Notes under the pieces: model-generated
The model's input: only the letters and a program-made list of their open reading frames with translations
Database searches by the model: none
What the model was told of the DNA's origin: nothing
Translations under genes and position numbers: made by a program
Shown: one piece after another, positions 24,149 to 37,376 of the stretch
Position numbering within the stretch: the first letter of the stretch is position 1
Layout: every line of letters starts with the position of its first letter
Assembly (NCBI GenBank): GCA_963809885.1
Contig: CAWELA010000003.1
Coordinates: 576,123-640,122, forward strand
DNA: 64,000 nucleotides
From: an uncultured Acidimicrobiia bacterium
GTDB lineage: Bacteria; Actinomycetota; Acidimicrobiia; IMCC26256; PALSA-555
Reading direction: 5' to 3'

Positions 24149-24799
24149 CTACCGCTCCAGCAAGGTCCACGCGCGATCGGCGATCCGGGCGAGTGCCGTG
24201 AGCTGGGCGCGCTCCCGACGGCGGAACGGATGGCCGTCCCGACCGACGAGCAGGGTCGCGTCGTGCGTGTCGAGCGTGGCGACGAGCAGGTCCTCGGGGC
24301 CAGTTGTCCCGTCGGCCACCATCGGCGAGGCTGCCGTGCCCGCGACGAGCATCGACAGGAACTCCGCGGCCGGGTGGGTGTCGCCCGATGCCGCGAGGAC
24401 GAGCTCGTCGCCGAGGAGCGCCACCCAGCTCGCGAGGAACTCGCGGCGGAGGTGGCCGACGAGCAGCGCGCACAGGCCCTCGACCGAGTCGGCCTCGCAC
24501 AGCTGCGTCGCCGAGTCGAGCGCATCCAGGCGAGGATCCGGGAACGCGTCGACGATGCGGAACTCCTCGACCGAGGTGCCGTCGACCTGCTCGATCTCCT
24601 TCGCGAGGAGCTCGAGGACATCGAGGCTCGGGAGCGCGACGGCGAACTCGTCGACCGCGATCCCCTCGGACCGTTCCAGGACGTCGATGCCGACGATGTC
24701 GCCGCCCACCGCGCCGATCCGGGCCGCGACGAGACCCAGGGCGCCGGGCCGGTCGGGAAGCCAGACTCGCACGAGGACGTGGGTGGAGTTGGTGCTCAC
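24149..24799 (-). CDS. ACT domain protein with a GAF-like C-terminal region
   Basis: VRVWLPDRPGALGLVAARIGAVGGDIVGIDVL (ACT); C-terminal LLVGRDGHPFRRRERAQLTALARIAD; start codon inferred. Confidence 0.75.
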   Translation of the reverse strand: MSTNSTHVLVRVWLPDRPGALGLVAARIGAVGGDIVGIDVLERSEGIAVDEFAVALPSLDVLELLAKEIEQVDGTSVEEFRIVDAFPDPRLDALDSATQLCEADSVEGLCALLVGHLRREFLASWVALLGDELVLAASGDTHPAAEFLSMLVAGTAASPMVADGTTGPEDLLVATLDTHDATLLVGRDGHPFRRRERAQLTALARIADRAWTLLER

Positions 24800-24903
24800 C
24801 GGTGGGATCCCATGGCAGCGAGGGTAGGTGCCTCGCATTTCGGACATGTGACGCCCATGTGAACACGCCCGGTCCCGGTGGATCGGCCCGTATGCTCCCT
24901 CGG

Positions 24904-25495
24904 GTGGCGACGCCGAACGAGCGGGTGGGCGTGCTGGGGGGGACGTTCGACCCTGTCCACGTCGGGCACCTCGTGGCCGCGTCGGACGCCCGGGCCGCCC
25001 TGGCCCTCGACCGGGTGCTGCTCGTCGTGGCCGGTGACCCCTGGCAGAAGCGGGGCGAGGTCGTCGCCGCGGCCGGGGATCGGCTCGCGCTCGTCGAAGC
25101 CGCGGTCGCCGACGTCGCGGGGCTCGAGGCCAGCGCGCTCGAGGTCGAGCGGGAGGGGGCGTCCGTGACGGCCGACACGCTGGAGGATCTCCGCACCCCC
25201 GGGCGCGAGCTCTTCCTGCTGCTCGGCGCGGACGCGGTCGCGAACATGTCGACCTGGCGGCGGCTCGACGACACCAGGGACCTCGCGACGCTCGTCGTGA
25301 TCGAGCGGGTGGGTGAGCACGCCGTGCCGCCCGGCGACGGGTGGCGGGTCGAGCACCTGGCCATCCCGCGCCTGGACGTGTCGTCGACCGAGGTGCGGGC
25401 CCGCCTGCGGCCGCGGCTTCCCGGTCACCGGCCTCGTTCCCACCGCGGTCGTGCAACAGATCCGCGATCGTGGGCTCTATGCTCGGGGATCATGA
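24904..25495 (+). CDS. nadD: Nicotinate-nucleotide adenylyltransferase (frameshift near 3' end)
   Basis: GGTFDPVHVGH, PWQK, LLGAD, VSSTEVR; upstream of rsfS. Confidence 0.93.
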
Positions 25496-25543
25496 CGTCC
25501 GGGAGCTCCCGTCCTTGAGCCTGACCACCAGGAAGCCGACCGC

Positions 25544-25931
25544 TTGACCGGCCCGGCATCGGACGCCTCCACCCGAGCGATCGTCGCCGCGACCGCGGCA
25601 TCGGCCAAGAGCGGTCTCGACATCGTGCTCCTCGACGTCGGACCGATCATCTCGATCATCGAGTGCTTCGTGCTCGTGAGCGCCACCAACAGCCGTCAGG
25701 TGCGAACGATCGTCGAAGAGATCGAGCTCGCGCTCAAGGGGCACGACGGTTCGAAGCCCATCAACGCCGAGGGCCGTGACGACCTCTCCTGGGTGCTGCT
25801 CGACTACGGCGACATCGTCGTCCACGTCTTCCTCGACGAGACCCGCGCCGTACTACGACCTCGATCGGCTGTGGGCGGATGCACCGCGCATCCCGTTCGA
25901 GGAGCCGCGGGCGGTCGCCGCGGACGGCTGA
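25544..25931 (+). CDS. rsfS: Ribosome silencing factor (frameshift near 3' end)
   Basis: DIVLLDV, RQVRTIVEEIE, EG..WVLLDYGDIVVHVF, YYDLDRLWAD. Confidence 0.93.
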
Positions 25932-25958
25932 ACCGTCCCCGCGGTCGCTACGTCCCGG

Positions 25959-26754
25959 TCAGTCGAGGAACGGACGCATCAGCACGTTGCGCTCGGCGAG
26001 GCCGGCCTTGAGCTCGCGCACCCCGACGTTCCGGTCGAGACGCGGTGAGTACAGGATCGAGCTGATGATCGCGGCCTGCGCGCCGCCCGCCGTGAACCCG
26101 TCCGCGATGTGCTCGACCGTCCCCGCGCCCCCGACGCGATGATCGGCACGTTCACGGCTGTCGGCGACCGAACGCGTGATGTCGAGGTCGTAGCCGCTGG
26201 CCGTGCCGTCGCGGTCGATGCTGTTGACGACGATCTCGCCCGCGCCGAGGTCCTCGCCGCGCCGCACCCAGTCGAGTGCGTCGAGTCCGGTGGCCTCGCG
26301 GGCGCCGTCGATGAAGACCTCGTAGCCGCTCGGGATCCCCTTCCGCACGCCGACCCGCTTCACCTGCGTGCTGAGCACGATGCACTGCCGGCCGAACGCC
26401 TCGGCGCCGGCGCGGATGATGTCGGGGTCCCGTACGGCCATCGAGTCGATGCTGATCTTCTCGGCGCCGGCCTTCAGCACCTCGAACATGTCGTCGACCG
26501 ACCGGATGCCGCCGCCGACCGTGAACGGCACGAACACGTGGTGGGCGACCTTGCGGACGGTCTCGAGGTCGATCTTGCGCTGCTCGGCGCTGGCCTTGAT
26601 GTCGTAGAAGACGATCTCGTCGATCTGGTCGTCGTAGAGGACGACGCGCCAGCTCGTCGGCCGGTGCGACGTCGATGTTGTCCTGGAACTGTTGGGCCTT
26701 GGTGACCCGACCCTCGACGACGTCGAAGCACGCGATGAGCCGCTTCGTGAGCAT
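25959..26754 (-). CDS. hisF: HisF-family imidazole glycerol phosphate synthase cyclase-like subunit, atypical (frameshifted)
   Basis: MLTKRLIACFDV, VPFTVGGGIRS, GAEKISI, GAGEIVVNSIDRDGT; TGATG overlap with hisH. Confidence 0.8.
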
Positions 26755-27359
26755 CAGGGGCTCCAGCTCGCGAAGGACCCGAGCAGTCGGAGGCCGAGCT
26801 CGCCGCTCTTCTCGGCGTGGAACTGGGTCGCGACGATGTTGTCGCTGGCGACGATCGAGCAGAACTCGACGCCGTAGGCGGTCTCGCCGAGCACGTGGCC
26901 GGGGTCGGCCGGGGCCGCGTAGTACGAGTTCACGAAGTACGCGTGGCCGCCGTCGGGGAAGTCCGCGGTGACCGGGTGCTCGCGGCGCAGCCGCACCGAG
27001 TTCCAGCCGATCTGGGGCACCCGCAGGTCGTCGTCGAAGCGCCGGACGTCGCCAGGGATCCATCCGAGGCCGGCCACGTCGCCCTCGGCCGAGCGCTCGA
27101 ACAGCACCTGGAGCCCGATGCAGATGCCGAGGAACGGCACGCCGTCGTCCCGGACCCGCGCCGTGAGCGGGTCGACGAGACCCGAGGCGGCGAGCGAGTC
27201 GAGCGTCGCCCGGGCCGCGCCGACGCCGGGGAGGATCAGGCGGTCGCACGCATCGAGCTCCGTGCCCGTCGTGACGAGGCGGTGCTCCAGGCCGAGCCGC
27301 TCGAGGGCGAAGCCGACGCTCGGCGCGTTCCCGGCGCGGTAGTCGATGACGCCGATCAT
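26754..27359 (-). CDS. hisH: HisH-family class I glutamine amidotransferase
   Basis: VIDYRAGN, LILPGVG, GICIGLQ, VPQIGWN, YFVNSY, QFHAEKSG. Confidence 0.9.
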   Translation of the reverse strand: MIGVIDYRAGNAPSVGFALERLGLEHRLVTTGTELDACDRLILPGVGAARATLDSLAASGLVDPLTARVRDDGVPFLGICIGLQVLFERSAEGDVAGLGWIPGDVRRFDDDLRVPQIGWNSVRLRREHPVTADFPDGGHAYFVNSYYAAPADPGHVLGETAYGVEFCSIVASDNIVATQFHAEKSGELGLRLLGSFASWSP

Positions 27360-27439
27360 GGAGGTCCGAGTCTACGAATGGCCGGTCGCCGACCCCGAAG
27401 TCATTCGGTGCGGCGGCAGCGGGAGGAAACCACGGTGGG

Positions 27440-27513
27440 TGGACCTGGCGGGATTTGAACCCGCGACCCCCTCCATGCCATGGAGGTGCTCTGCCGGACT
27501 GAGCCACAGGCCC
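27440..27513 (-). tRNA. tRNA-Ala(GGC), CCA not encoded
   Basis: Cloverleaf: GGGCCTG/CAGGTCC acceptor with G3:U70, anticodon arm CCTCC-ATGGCAT-GGAGG, T arm GCGGG-TTCAAAT-CCCGC. Confidence 0.97.
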
Positions 27514-27582
27514 GTGGGAACGACCACGATATCAGCGCCTCCTGAGCGGACTCGTGACGGCCTCTCGCTACGCTCGTCTGCG

Positions 27583-30484
<2,902 letters not shown>

Positions 30485-30554
30485 GGCCTCGCCCGCCCCG
30501 TCACGCCCGGTCCCGCCCGCGCTTCCTCCGTGGTGTCCCCGCACGGAGGCCGTC

Positions 30555-31379
30555 GTGTCGCAGCCCCACGATCCGTACGACCGCCTGGAGACGGCGCGCG
30601 CCGCCGGCCCGGCCTCGCACGTCCCCGGGGGCCCGGATCCGAGCTTCTGGGGTGACGAGCGGTCCCGGGGGAGCCGGCGGCGAGGGCCCGGCGGAGCCGG
30701 GTGGGGCAGCGCCTGGGACCGCGGGCGCGACCTCGTCGCCCGCTGGCGCGGCGACGCCCGGTTCGGTCTCGCGCTCCTGGTGGCGGTCGCGGTCGTGGCC
30801 GGCGTCGTCTGGTACCGGGTCGGTGCAGGTGGGGCGCAGGCGTCGTCGCGTGCTGCGCCGAGCCGCGCGGGGACGACCGGGTCCACTCGCCCGCGAGCGG
30901 CAACCGGCCCGACGACGACGACGCTCGGCAAGCGGGTCATCGTCCACGTCGCCGGCGCAGTCGCCCGACCCGGGGTGGTCGAGCTCGCCGTCGGCGCGCG
31001 GGTCATCGACGCCGTCGAAGCCGCCGGGGGCGGGCTCCCCGAGGCCGACCTCGATCGCCTGAACCTCGCTGCGAAGGTCGCCGACGGTGAGCGCGTGCTC
31101 GTGCAACGGGTCGGCGACCCGGCGCCGACCGAGCCGACGGCCACGGGCTCGTCGGCGTGCCGGCACCGCCCCGGCGCGACCGCGGGTGGTCTGCTGAACC
31201 TGAACACCGCGACGCTCGACCAGCTCGACACGCTGCCCGGCATCGGTCCGGTGCTCGCCGCGGCGATCCTCACCGAGCGCGACCAGCGCGGCGGCTTCAA
31301 GAGCGTGAACGAGCTGCGCGACGTCCGCGGCATCGGCGAGAAGCGCTTCGCCGACCTGCGCGACCTGGTCGCGGTCTGA
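30555..31379 (+). CDS. comEA: Competence DNA-binding protein ComEA (TM, SLBB, HhH)
   Basis: [39 protein letters not shown]. Confidence 0.92.
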   Translation: MSQPHDPYDRLETARAAGPASHVPGGPDPSFWGDERSRGSRRRGPGGAGWGSAWDRGRDLVARWRGDARFGLALLVAVAVVAGVVWYRVGAGGAQASSRAAPSRAGTTGSTRPRAATGPTTTTLGKRVIVHVAGAVARPGVVELAVGARVIDAVEAAGGGLPEADLDRLNLAAKVADGERVLVQRVGDPAPTEPTATGSSACRHRPGATAGGLLNLNTATLDQLDTLPGIGPVLAAAILTERDQRGGFKSVNELRDVRGIGEKRFADLRDLVAV

Positions 31380-32876
31380 GTGCGAGCAGCGGGCGGCGCG
31401 CTCGTCCCTGTCGCAGTGGCCGGTGGGATCTTCGTCGGGGAGGCCCTCGGACCGTCCGCATCGGTCCCGACCCTGCTCGTGAGCGTCGTGTGCCTCGCCG
31501 GGATGGTGGGGCGGCATCGACCCGCGGGCCCGGGTTGCGCTCGCTCTGGTCGCGCTCGTGCTCGTCGGGTGCAGTCTCGAGCGGCGCGCACTCGACGGGC
31601 TGGTGCACTGGCCGTTGGCACGAGCGTCCGAGCAGCCGCGCCGACGCGGTGGTCCGCGGGACCCTGGTCGAGGACCCCGACGGCACGCGCTGGTCGACCC
31701 GGGTGCTGGTTCGGGTCGACGACGCACGGCTCGTCGGGAGCGCCCGCGGCTTCGTTCCCGTGCACCGCACCGTGCTCGTCGACGCCGGAGGCTGACGCGA
31801 CCGGGCGAGTCGCGGTCCTGAACGCCGGTGACGGTGTCGTCCTCCGTGGGTACCTCCGACCCCTCGACGAGTTCGAGGCGCGGTTGCGGTGGCGGCACGT
31901 GGTCGCCGCGGTCACTGCCACCGATCTCCCCGATGCCCGTCACCCGTCGTCGCCACTCGCCGAGGTCGCGAACGCGGCCCGTGGCTTCGTGCTGCGCGGC
32001 GCCGACGCGCTGCCGCCGACGGAGCGCTCGCTCGTCGCTGGGTTCCTGCTCGGCGACACTCGTGACCTCCCCGAGCCGGTGGTACAGCAGTTCCGCGATG
32101 CCGGCATGTCGCACCTCCTCGCCGTGTCCGGCGCCAACGTCGCGTTCGTGCTCGCGCTCTTCGGCCCCGCGCTGCGTCGTCTGCCGCGTGGCGGTCGCCT
32201 CGTGGCGGCGCTGGCGCTGCTCGTGGTGTTCGGGGCGATGACACGATGGGAACCCTCGGTGCTCCGGGCGTGCGCGATGGCCGGCATCGCGGTCCTCGCC
32301 GTGCACGTGGGCCGGCCGGCCCGGACGGTCCGTCTGCTGGGTCTCGCGGTGGCGGCGCTCCTCCTGCTCGACCCCTTCCTCGTGCACTCCGTCGGCTTCC
32401 TCCTCTCGGTGGGCGCCAGCCTCGGGATCGCGCTCTTCGCGGCGCCGTTGGCCTCGCGTGCCCGCGGACCCGAATGGCTGCGGGAGTCGCTTGCCACGAC
32501 CTCCGCGGCGCAGCTCGGCGTCGCGCCCGTGCTCCTCCCGGTCTTCGGGTCCATCCCCCTCGTCGCGGTGCCCGTCAACCTCCTGGCGGTGCCCCTCGCC
32601 GGCCCGTTGACGATGTGGGGGCTGGCCGCCGGCTCGCTCGCCGGCGTCTTCCGGACCCGGGTGCCGGCGCTCGCGACCGCACTGCAGTGGCCGACCCGCA
32701 TGCTCGCCGACGCGGTGCTCGGCCTCGCGGACGCCGCAGCCCGCGTGCCGGTGGGGGTCGGCGCGGTCCGCCTCGCCGTCGGGGCCGGCACGGGTCTCGT
32801 CGGGCTCGTGTGCGTGGCACTCGTCCGCCGCCGTCGTATGCTCCGCCGGCGTGCCTTGGTCCTACCGTCTCGGTGA
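31380..32876 (+). CDS. comEC: ComEC/Rec2 competence channel without C-terminal beta-lactamase-like domain (internal frameshifts)
   Basis: GFLLGD, GMSHLLAVSGAN, PSVLRA, GFLLSV, VPVNLLA. Confidence 0.9.
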   Translation: MRAAGGALVPVAVAGGIFVGEALGPSASVPTLLVSVVCLAGMVGRHRPAGPGCARSGRARARRVQSRAARTRRAGALAVGTSVRAAAPTRWSAGPWSRTPTARAGRPGCWFGSTTHGSSGAPAASFPCTAPCSSTPEADATGRVAVLNAGDGVVLRGYLRPLDEFEARLRWRHVVAAVTATDLPDARHPSSPLAEVANAARGFVLRGADALPPTERSLVAGFLLGDTRDLPEPVVQQFRDAGMSHLLAVSGANVAFVLALFGPALRRLPRGGRLVAALALLVVFGAMTRWEPSVLRACAMAGIAVLAVHVGRPARTVRLLGLAVAALLLLDPFLVHSVGFLLSVGASLGIALFAAPLASRARGPEWLRESLATTSAAQLGVAPVLLPVFGSIPLVAVPVNLLAVPLAGPLTMWGLAAGSLAGVFRTRVPALATALQWPTRMLADAVLGLADAAARVPVGVGAVRLAVGAGTGLVGLVCVALVRRRRMLRRRALVLPSR

Positions 32877-33713
32877 CGTCGTCCACGATCTGACGACGCG
32901 CACCCTCGTCATGGGGATCCTGAACCGCACCCCCGACTCCTTCTACGACCAGGGCGCCACCTTCGGGCTCGACGACTTGCTGCGCCGCGCCGAGGCGCTC
33001 GTCGTCGACGGTGCTGACCTCCTCGACGTGGGTGGGGTCAAGGCCGGGCCCGGTCCCGAGGTCACCGAGGCCGAGGAGCTCGACCGGGTCGTCCCCACGA
33101 TCGAGGCGCTGCAGCGCGCGCCTCGCCGTGCCGGTGTCGGTCGACACGTGGCGGCCCGGCGTGCTCGACGAGGCGTGCCGCGTGGGCGCCGTGGTCGGGA
33201 ACGACATCAGCGGGTTCGGTGACCCCGAGTACCTCACGGTGGCGGCGAAGCACGACGTGTCAGTGGTCGCGACGCACATCCGTCTGGCGCCGCGCGTCCC
33301 CGACCCCGAACCGCAGTACGACGACCTGGTCGCCGATGTGACGGCGTTCCTGCTGGATCGGGCGGCGCGTGCCGAGGCCGCGGGCCTGTCCCGCGAGCAG
33401 GTCTCGGTCGACGCCGGGCTCGACCTCGGCAAGACGCCGGCCATGAGCGCGGTGCTGCTGCGCGAGAGCGACGTGCTCGCGGCGACTGGCTACTCGCTGC
33501 TGCTCTCGGCGTCGAACAAGCGGTTCCTGGGGGAGCTCCTCGACCTCGAGATCGACGACCGTCGGGACGCGTCCTTGGCGGCCGTCGCCTACGGCGTGGC
33601 CCACGGCTGCCGGATCGTGCGCGTCCACGACGTCGCCGGGAGCGTGCGAGTGTGTCGGACCGTGGAAGCAATCCTGAAGGCTCGCGCCGAGCACGCGGGT
33701 GAGCGGTGCATGA
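32851..33713 (+). CDS. folP: Dihydropteroate synthase-like protein, FolP2-type (frameshifted; end approximate)
   Basis: VMGILNRTPDSFYD, DVGGVKAGPG, SVDTW, NDISG, SASNKRF, IVRVHDV. Confidence 0.85.
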
Positions 33714-34738
33714 GCGCACACCTGGTCAAGGGCGAGGATCCGATCCTGCGCTCCGACGCGGCGGAGCAGCTGATCGACGAGCTCCTCGGTGCGGATGACC
33801 GCACGCTGGCGCTGGAGGACTCGACCGTTCCTGCCAGGGGAAGCGGTGACGGCGAGGGCGGCGGGGGCGACGCGCGCGTCGCGGCCGTGGACGCGGCACT
33901 GAACGGTGCGAGCACCCCGCCGTTCATGACCGAGTCACGGGTCGTGGTGCTGCGCGACGTCGGTCTCCTCACCGCGGCCGAAGTCGAGCCGATCTGCCGC
34001 TACCTCGAGCACCCGTTGCCGACGACCGAGCTGGTGCTGGTCGCAGGTGGTGGCGCGCTCGCGAAGGGTCTCGAGGGCGCGGTCAAGAAGCACGGCACCG
34101 TCCACGCCCCGAGCGCGACGAAGTCGAGCGACGTGCTCGCCGAACAGCTCACCTCGGCCGACCTCCGGCTCCGTCCCGAGGCGGCGAAGACGCTGCTCGC
34201 GCACGTGGGTGGCGATGCCGGCCTGCTCCCCGCGATCGTCGAGACGCTCGCCGGCGCGTACGGCCCCGACGCCCGGCTCGACGGTGACCAGATCGCTCCG
34301 TACCTCGGAGGTGAGGGAAGCGTCCCGGTATGGGACCTCACCAACGCCATCGAGAAGGGCGATCGGTCGACGGCACTGACCGTCCTGCACCGGTTGCTCA
34401 CCGTGACGAGTCCCACCCAGCCCAAGACGGTGCACCCGCTGCAGATCGTCGCGATCCTGCACTCCCACTACCGCCGGCTGCTGAAGCTCGACGACCCGGG
34501 GATCCGCAACGCCGAGGACGCGGCGGCGGCTCTCGGCGGCCGCACCAACCCCAACTCTGCGCGCTACCGGCTCAAGCAGGCCCGCGCGCTCGGAACCGAC
34601 GGCCTCCGCCAGGCCTTCGACCACCTGGCGCGCGCCGACCTGGACCTGAAGGGGGCGCGCGCCATCCCGGGCGACGCGGTGCTCGACGTGCTGGTGGTGC
34701 GGCTCTGCGGCCTCAGCGCCCGGTCGGGGCGAGGCTGA
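33710..34738 (+). CDS. holA: DNA polymerase III subunit delta
   Basis: [34 protein letters not shown]; usual comEC-holA-rpsT context. Confidence 0.88.
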   Translation: MSAHLVKGEDPILRSDAAEQLIDELLGADDRTLALEDSTVPARGSGDGEGGGGDARVAAVDAALNGASTPPFMTESRVVVLRDVGLLTAAEVEPICRYLEHPLPTTELVLVAGGGALAKGLEGAVKKHGTVHAPSATKSSDVLAEQLTSADLRLRPEAAKTLLAHVGGDAGLLPAIVETLAGAYGPDARLDGDQIAPYLGGEGSVPVWDLTNAIEKGDRSTALTVLHRLLTVTSPTQPKTVHPLQIVAILHSHYRRLLKLDDPGIRNAEDAAAALGGRTNPNSARYRLKQARALGTDGLRQAFDHLARADLDLKGARAIPGDAVLDVLVVRLCGLSARSGRG

Positions 34739-34745
34739 GGGAGGC

Positions 34746-35007
34746 TCAGGCCGACTTCGTCGCTCGCTTCATGAGCCGCGAGGTGCGACGGGCCGCCTGG
34801 TTCTTGTGGATGCGGCCCTTGGAGCCGGCCTTGTCGAGGCGCTTCTGGGCGAGGCGCACCTTGTTCGGGCGCGTCCTCGGCGTTCGCGTCGACCGCCTCG
34901 TTCGCGTCCTTCACACGGGTCTTCAGCTCGGAACGGACACCCTTGTTGCGGAGCCGGCGCGTCTCGTTCTGCCGGTTCCGCTTGACCTGACCCTTGATGT
35001 TCGCCAT
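34746..35007 (-). CDS. rpsT: 30S ribosomal protein S20 (one frameshift)
   Basis: [30 protein letters not shown]...[22 protein letters not shown]. Confidence 0.96.
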
Positions 35008-35124
35008 GTCGCGTGTCGCTCCGCTGGTGTGTGAGGAACGATCAGGCTACCAGCGCTCGGAATCCCGGTCACACCGGAGCCGCAGTCCTGGAGGTGAGGC
35101 CTGCTCTGCGAGACTCGGGGGGCA

Positions 35125-36916
35125 ATGACGTCGACCCCCCTCGAGCGCTTCCGCAACCTCGCCATCGTCGCCCACATCGACCACGGCAAGAGCACCCTGG
35201 CCGATCGGCTCCTCGAGCTGTGCGGTGCCGTGGAGCTCCGGGACATGCGGGCCCAGTACCTGGACTCGATGGATCTCGAGCGGGAGCGCGGCATCACCAT
35301 CAAGGCGCAGAACGTCCGCCTCACGTGGAAGGACCACGTCCTCCACCTCATCGACACGCCCGGCCACGTCGACTTCGGGTACGAGGTCTCCCGCAGCATG
35401 GCGGCGTGCGAGGGCGCCATCCTCCTCGTCGACGCGAGCCAGGGGATCGAGGCCCAGACCCTCGCCAACTGCTACTCGGCCCTCGAAGCCGACCTCACGA
35501 TCGTGGCCGCGCTCAACAAGATCGACCTGCCGGCCGCCGAGCCCGACAAGCGCGCGGCCGAGATCGAGCGCGTGCTCGGGATCCCCGCCGACGAGATCCT
35601 CCGCATCTCCGCCAAGACCGGCGAGGGCGTCCCCGGCCTCCTCGACGCGGTGGTAGAGCGGATCCCGGCGCCGCAGGGCGACGACGACGGCCCCGCTCCA
35701 GGCCCTCATGTTCGACTCGTACTACGACGCGTACCGCGGTGTGGTGAGCGCGGTACGCGTGTTCAACGGCACGCTGGTCACCGGTTCCCGCCTCCGGTAT
35801 GTGAACGCGGCGGCGAACCACGACGCCGAGGAGGTCGGCGTCCGCTCGCCGACCCTGACGCCGGTGGCGTCGCTCGGTCCGGGTGAGGTCGGCTACCTCA
35901 TCGCGGGGATCAAGGACGTCGGCGAGGCACGCGTCGGTGAGACGGTCACGACGACGGCGAACCCCGGCGCCGCGCTCCCTGGTTACCACGATCCGAAGCC
36001 GATGGTGTTCTGCGGGCTGTACCCGGTGGTCGGCGACGAGTACGCAGATCTCCGCGAGGCGATGGAGAAGCTGCGCCTCAACGACTCGTCGTTCACCTAC
36101 GAGCCCGAGACCTCGGGTGCACTCGGGTTCGGGTTCCGCTGCGGCTTCCTCGGCCTCTTGCACATGGAGATCATCCGGGAGCGGCTCGAGCGCGAGTACG
36201 ACCTCTCACTTGTCGCGACCGCGCCCAATGTGGAGTACCACGCGCACATGGTCGACGGGCGCGACGAGGTCGTCGACAACCCGTCGTCGCTGCCGACGCC
36301 GAACCAGATCGAGCACATCGAGGAGCCATACGTCACGGTCACGGTGCTGACGCCCACCGAGTTCGTCGGGGCGGTCATGGAGCTCTGCCAGCAGCGACGC
36401 GCCGAGCAGACGCGGATGGAGTACCTCTCGGAAGAGCGCGTCGAGCTGGTCTACGTCATCCCGCTCGCCGAGATCGTGATGGACTTCTTCGACCAGCTGA
36501 AGTCGCGCACCCGTGGCTACGCGAGCCTCGACTACGAGCCCGCGGGGTACCGGGAGGCGGCGCTCGTCAAGGTCGACGTGCTGCTCAACTCGGTGCCCGT
36601 CGACGCCTTCTCGACCATCGTCCACAAGGGCAAGGCATACGAGTACGGCAAGCGCATGACCGAGAAGCTGCGCGAGCTCATCCCCCGCCAGCTGTTCGAC
36701 GTCCCGATCCAGGCCGCGATCGGCGGGCGCGTCATCGCCCGCGAGACGGTCAAGGCCAAGCGCAAGGACGTGATCGCGAAGTGCTACGGCGGCGACGTGA
36801 GTCGCAAGCGCAAGCTCCTCGACCGTCAGAAGGAGGGGAAGAAGCGCATGAAGCAGATCGGGAGCGTCGAAGTCCCCCAGGAGGCGTTCGTCGCCGCGCT
36901 CACGTTGGACGAGTGA
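35125..36916 (+). CDS. lepA: Elongation factor 4 (one frameshift)
   Basis: [49 protein letters not shown]. Confidence 0.98.
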
Positions 36917-37376
36917 ACGAGCCGCCCGGGTCCTCGCCGCCCGGGTCGTACGAGGTGTGGTCATAGGCCGCGTGGCACCAGCCCCGCAGCCGTCGGGTGC
37001 CGTCCCGGGTCTCCATCTCCGCCAGCCACGGGTCCACGTCGATCCAATCGCCGCCGAGACCGCGCGTCCCCCACTTCGTCCGCACGACCGCGCCACGAGC
37101 GATCGCGGGGAGGCGTAGGGCCATCCACGTGGTGCCGGCCGCGACGCCGAAGACCGTTCCGTCGCCGTGCAGGAGCACGGGGAAGCCGCACAGGAACCGC
37201 TCCTTCACGCCGGCGAGGTCGGCGGCCGCGGTCTCGAGGCGGTCACACAGGTCGGGATGGCAGCGCAGGTCCTGTAGCGCGGGTCGACGATGCGTACGCA
37301 ACGTGCGGGGTTCGGTCCGCGCCTGGTCCCGGATCCAGGCCGCGAAGGCCGGCTGGGACGACTCGTCGATCTTCAC
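36900..37376 (-). CDS. Hypothetical protein, possibly TfoX/YjbR-like fold
   Basis: Open frame coupled to the acyl-CoA dehydrogenase stop (GTGA overlap); [37 protein letters not shown]. Confidence 0.55.
   Translation of the reverse strand: MKIDESSQPAFAAWIRDQARTEPRTLRTHRRPALQDLRCHPDLCDRLETAAADLAGVKERFLCGFPVLLHGDGTVFGVAAGTTWMALRLPAIARGAVVRTKWGTRGLGGDWIDVDPWLAEMETRDGTRRLRGWCHAAYDHTSYDPGGEDPGGSFTRPT

Noticed and set aside
25932-27513. Genomic island integrated at tRNA-Ala carrying hisHF
   Set aside because: No integrase, no duplicated tRNA 3' end and no evident compositional shift; only the position is suggestive.
33011-34738. Apparent FolP-HolA fusion in the ORF track
   Set aside because: An ATGA start-stop overlap sits at 33710-33713, and one indel upstream would restore two normal genes. 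Not credible at this error rate without reads.
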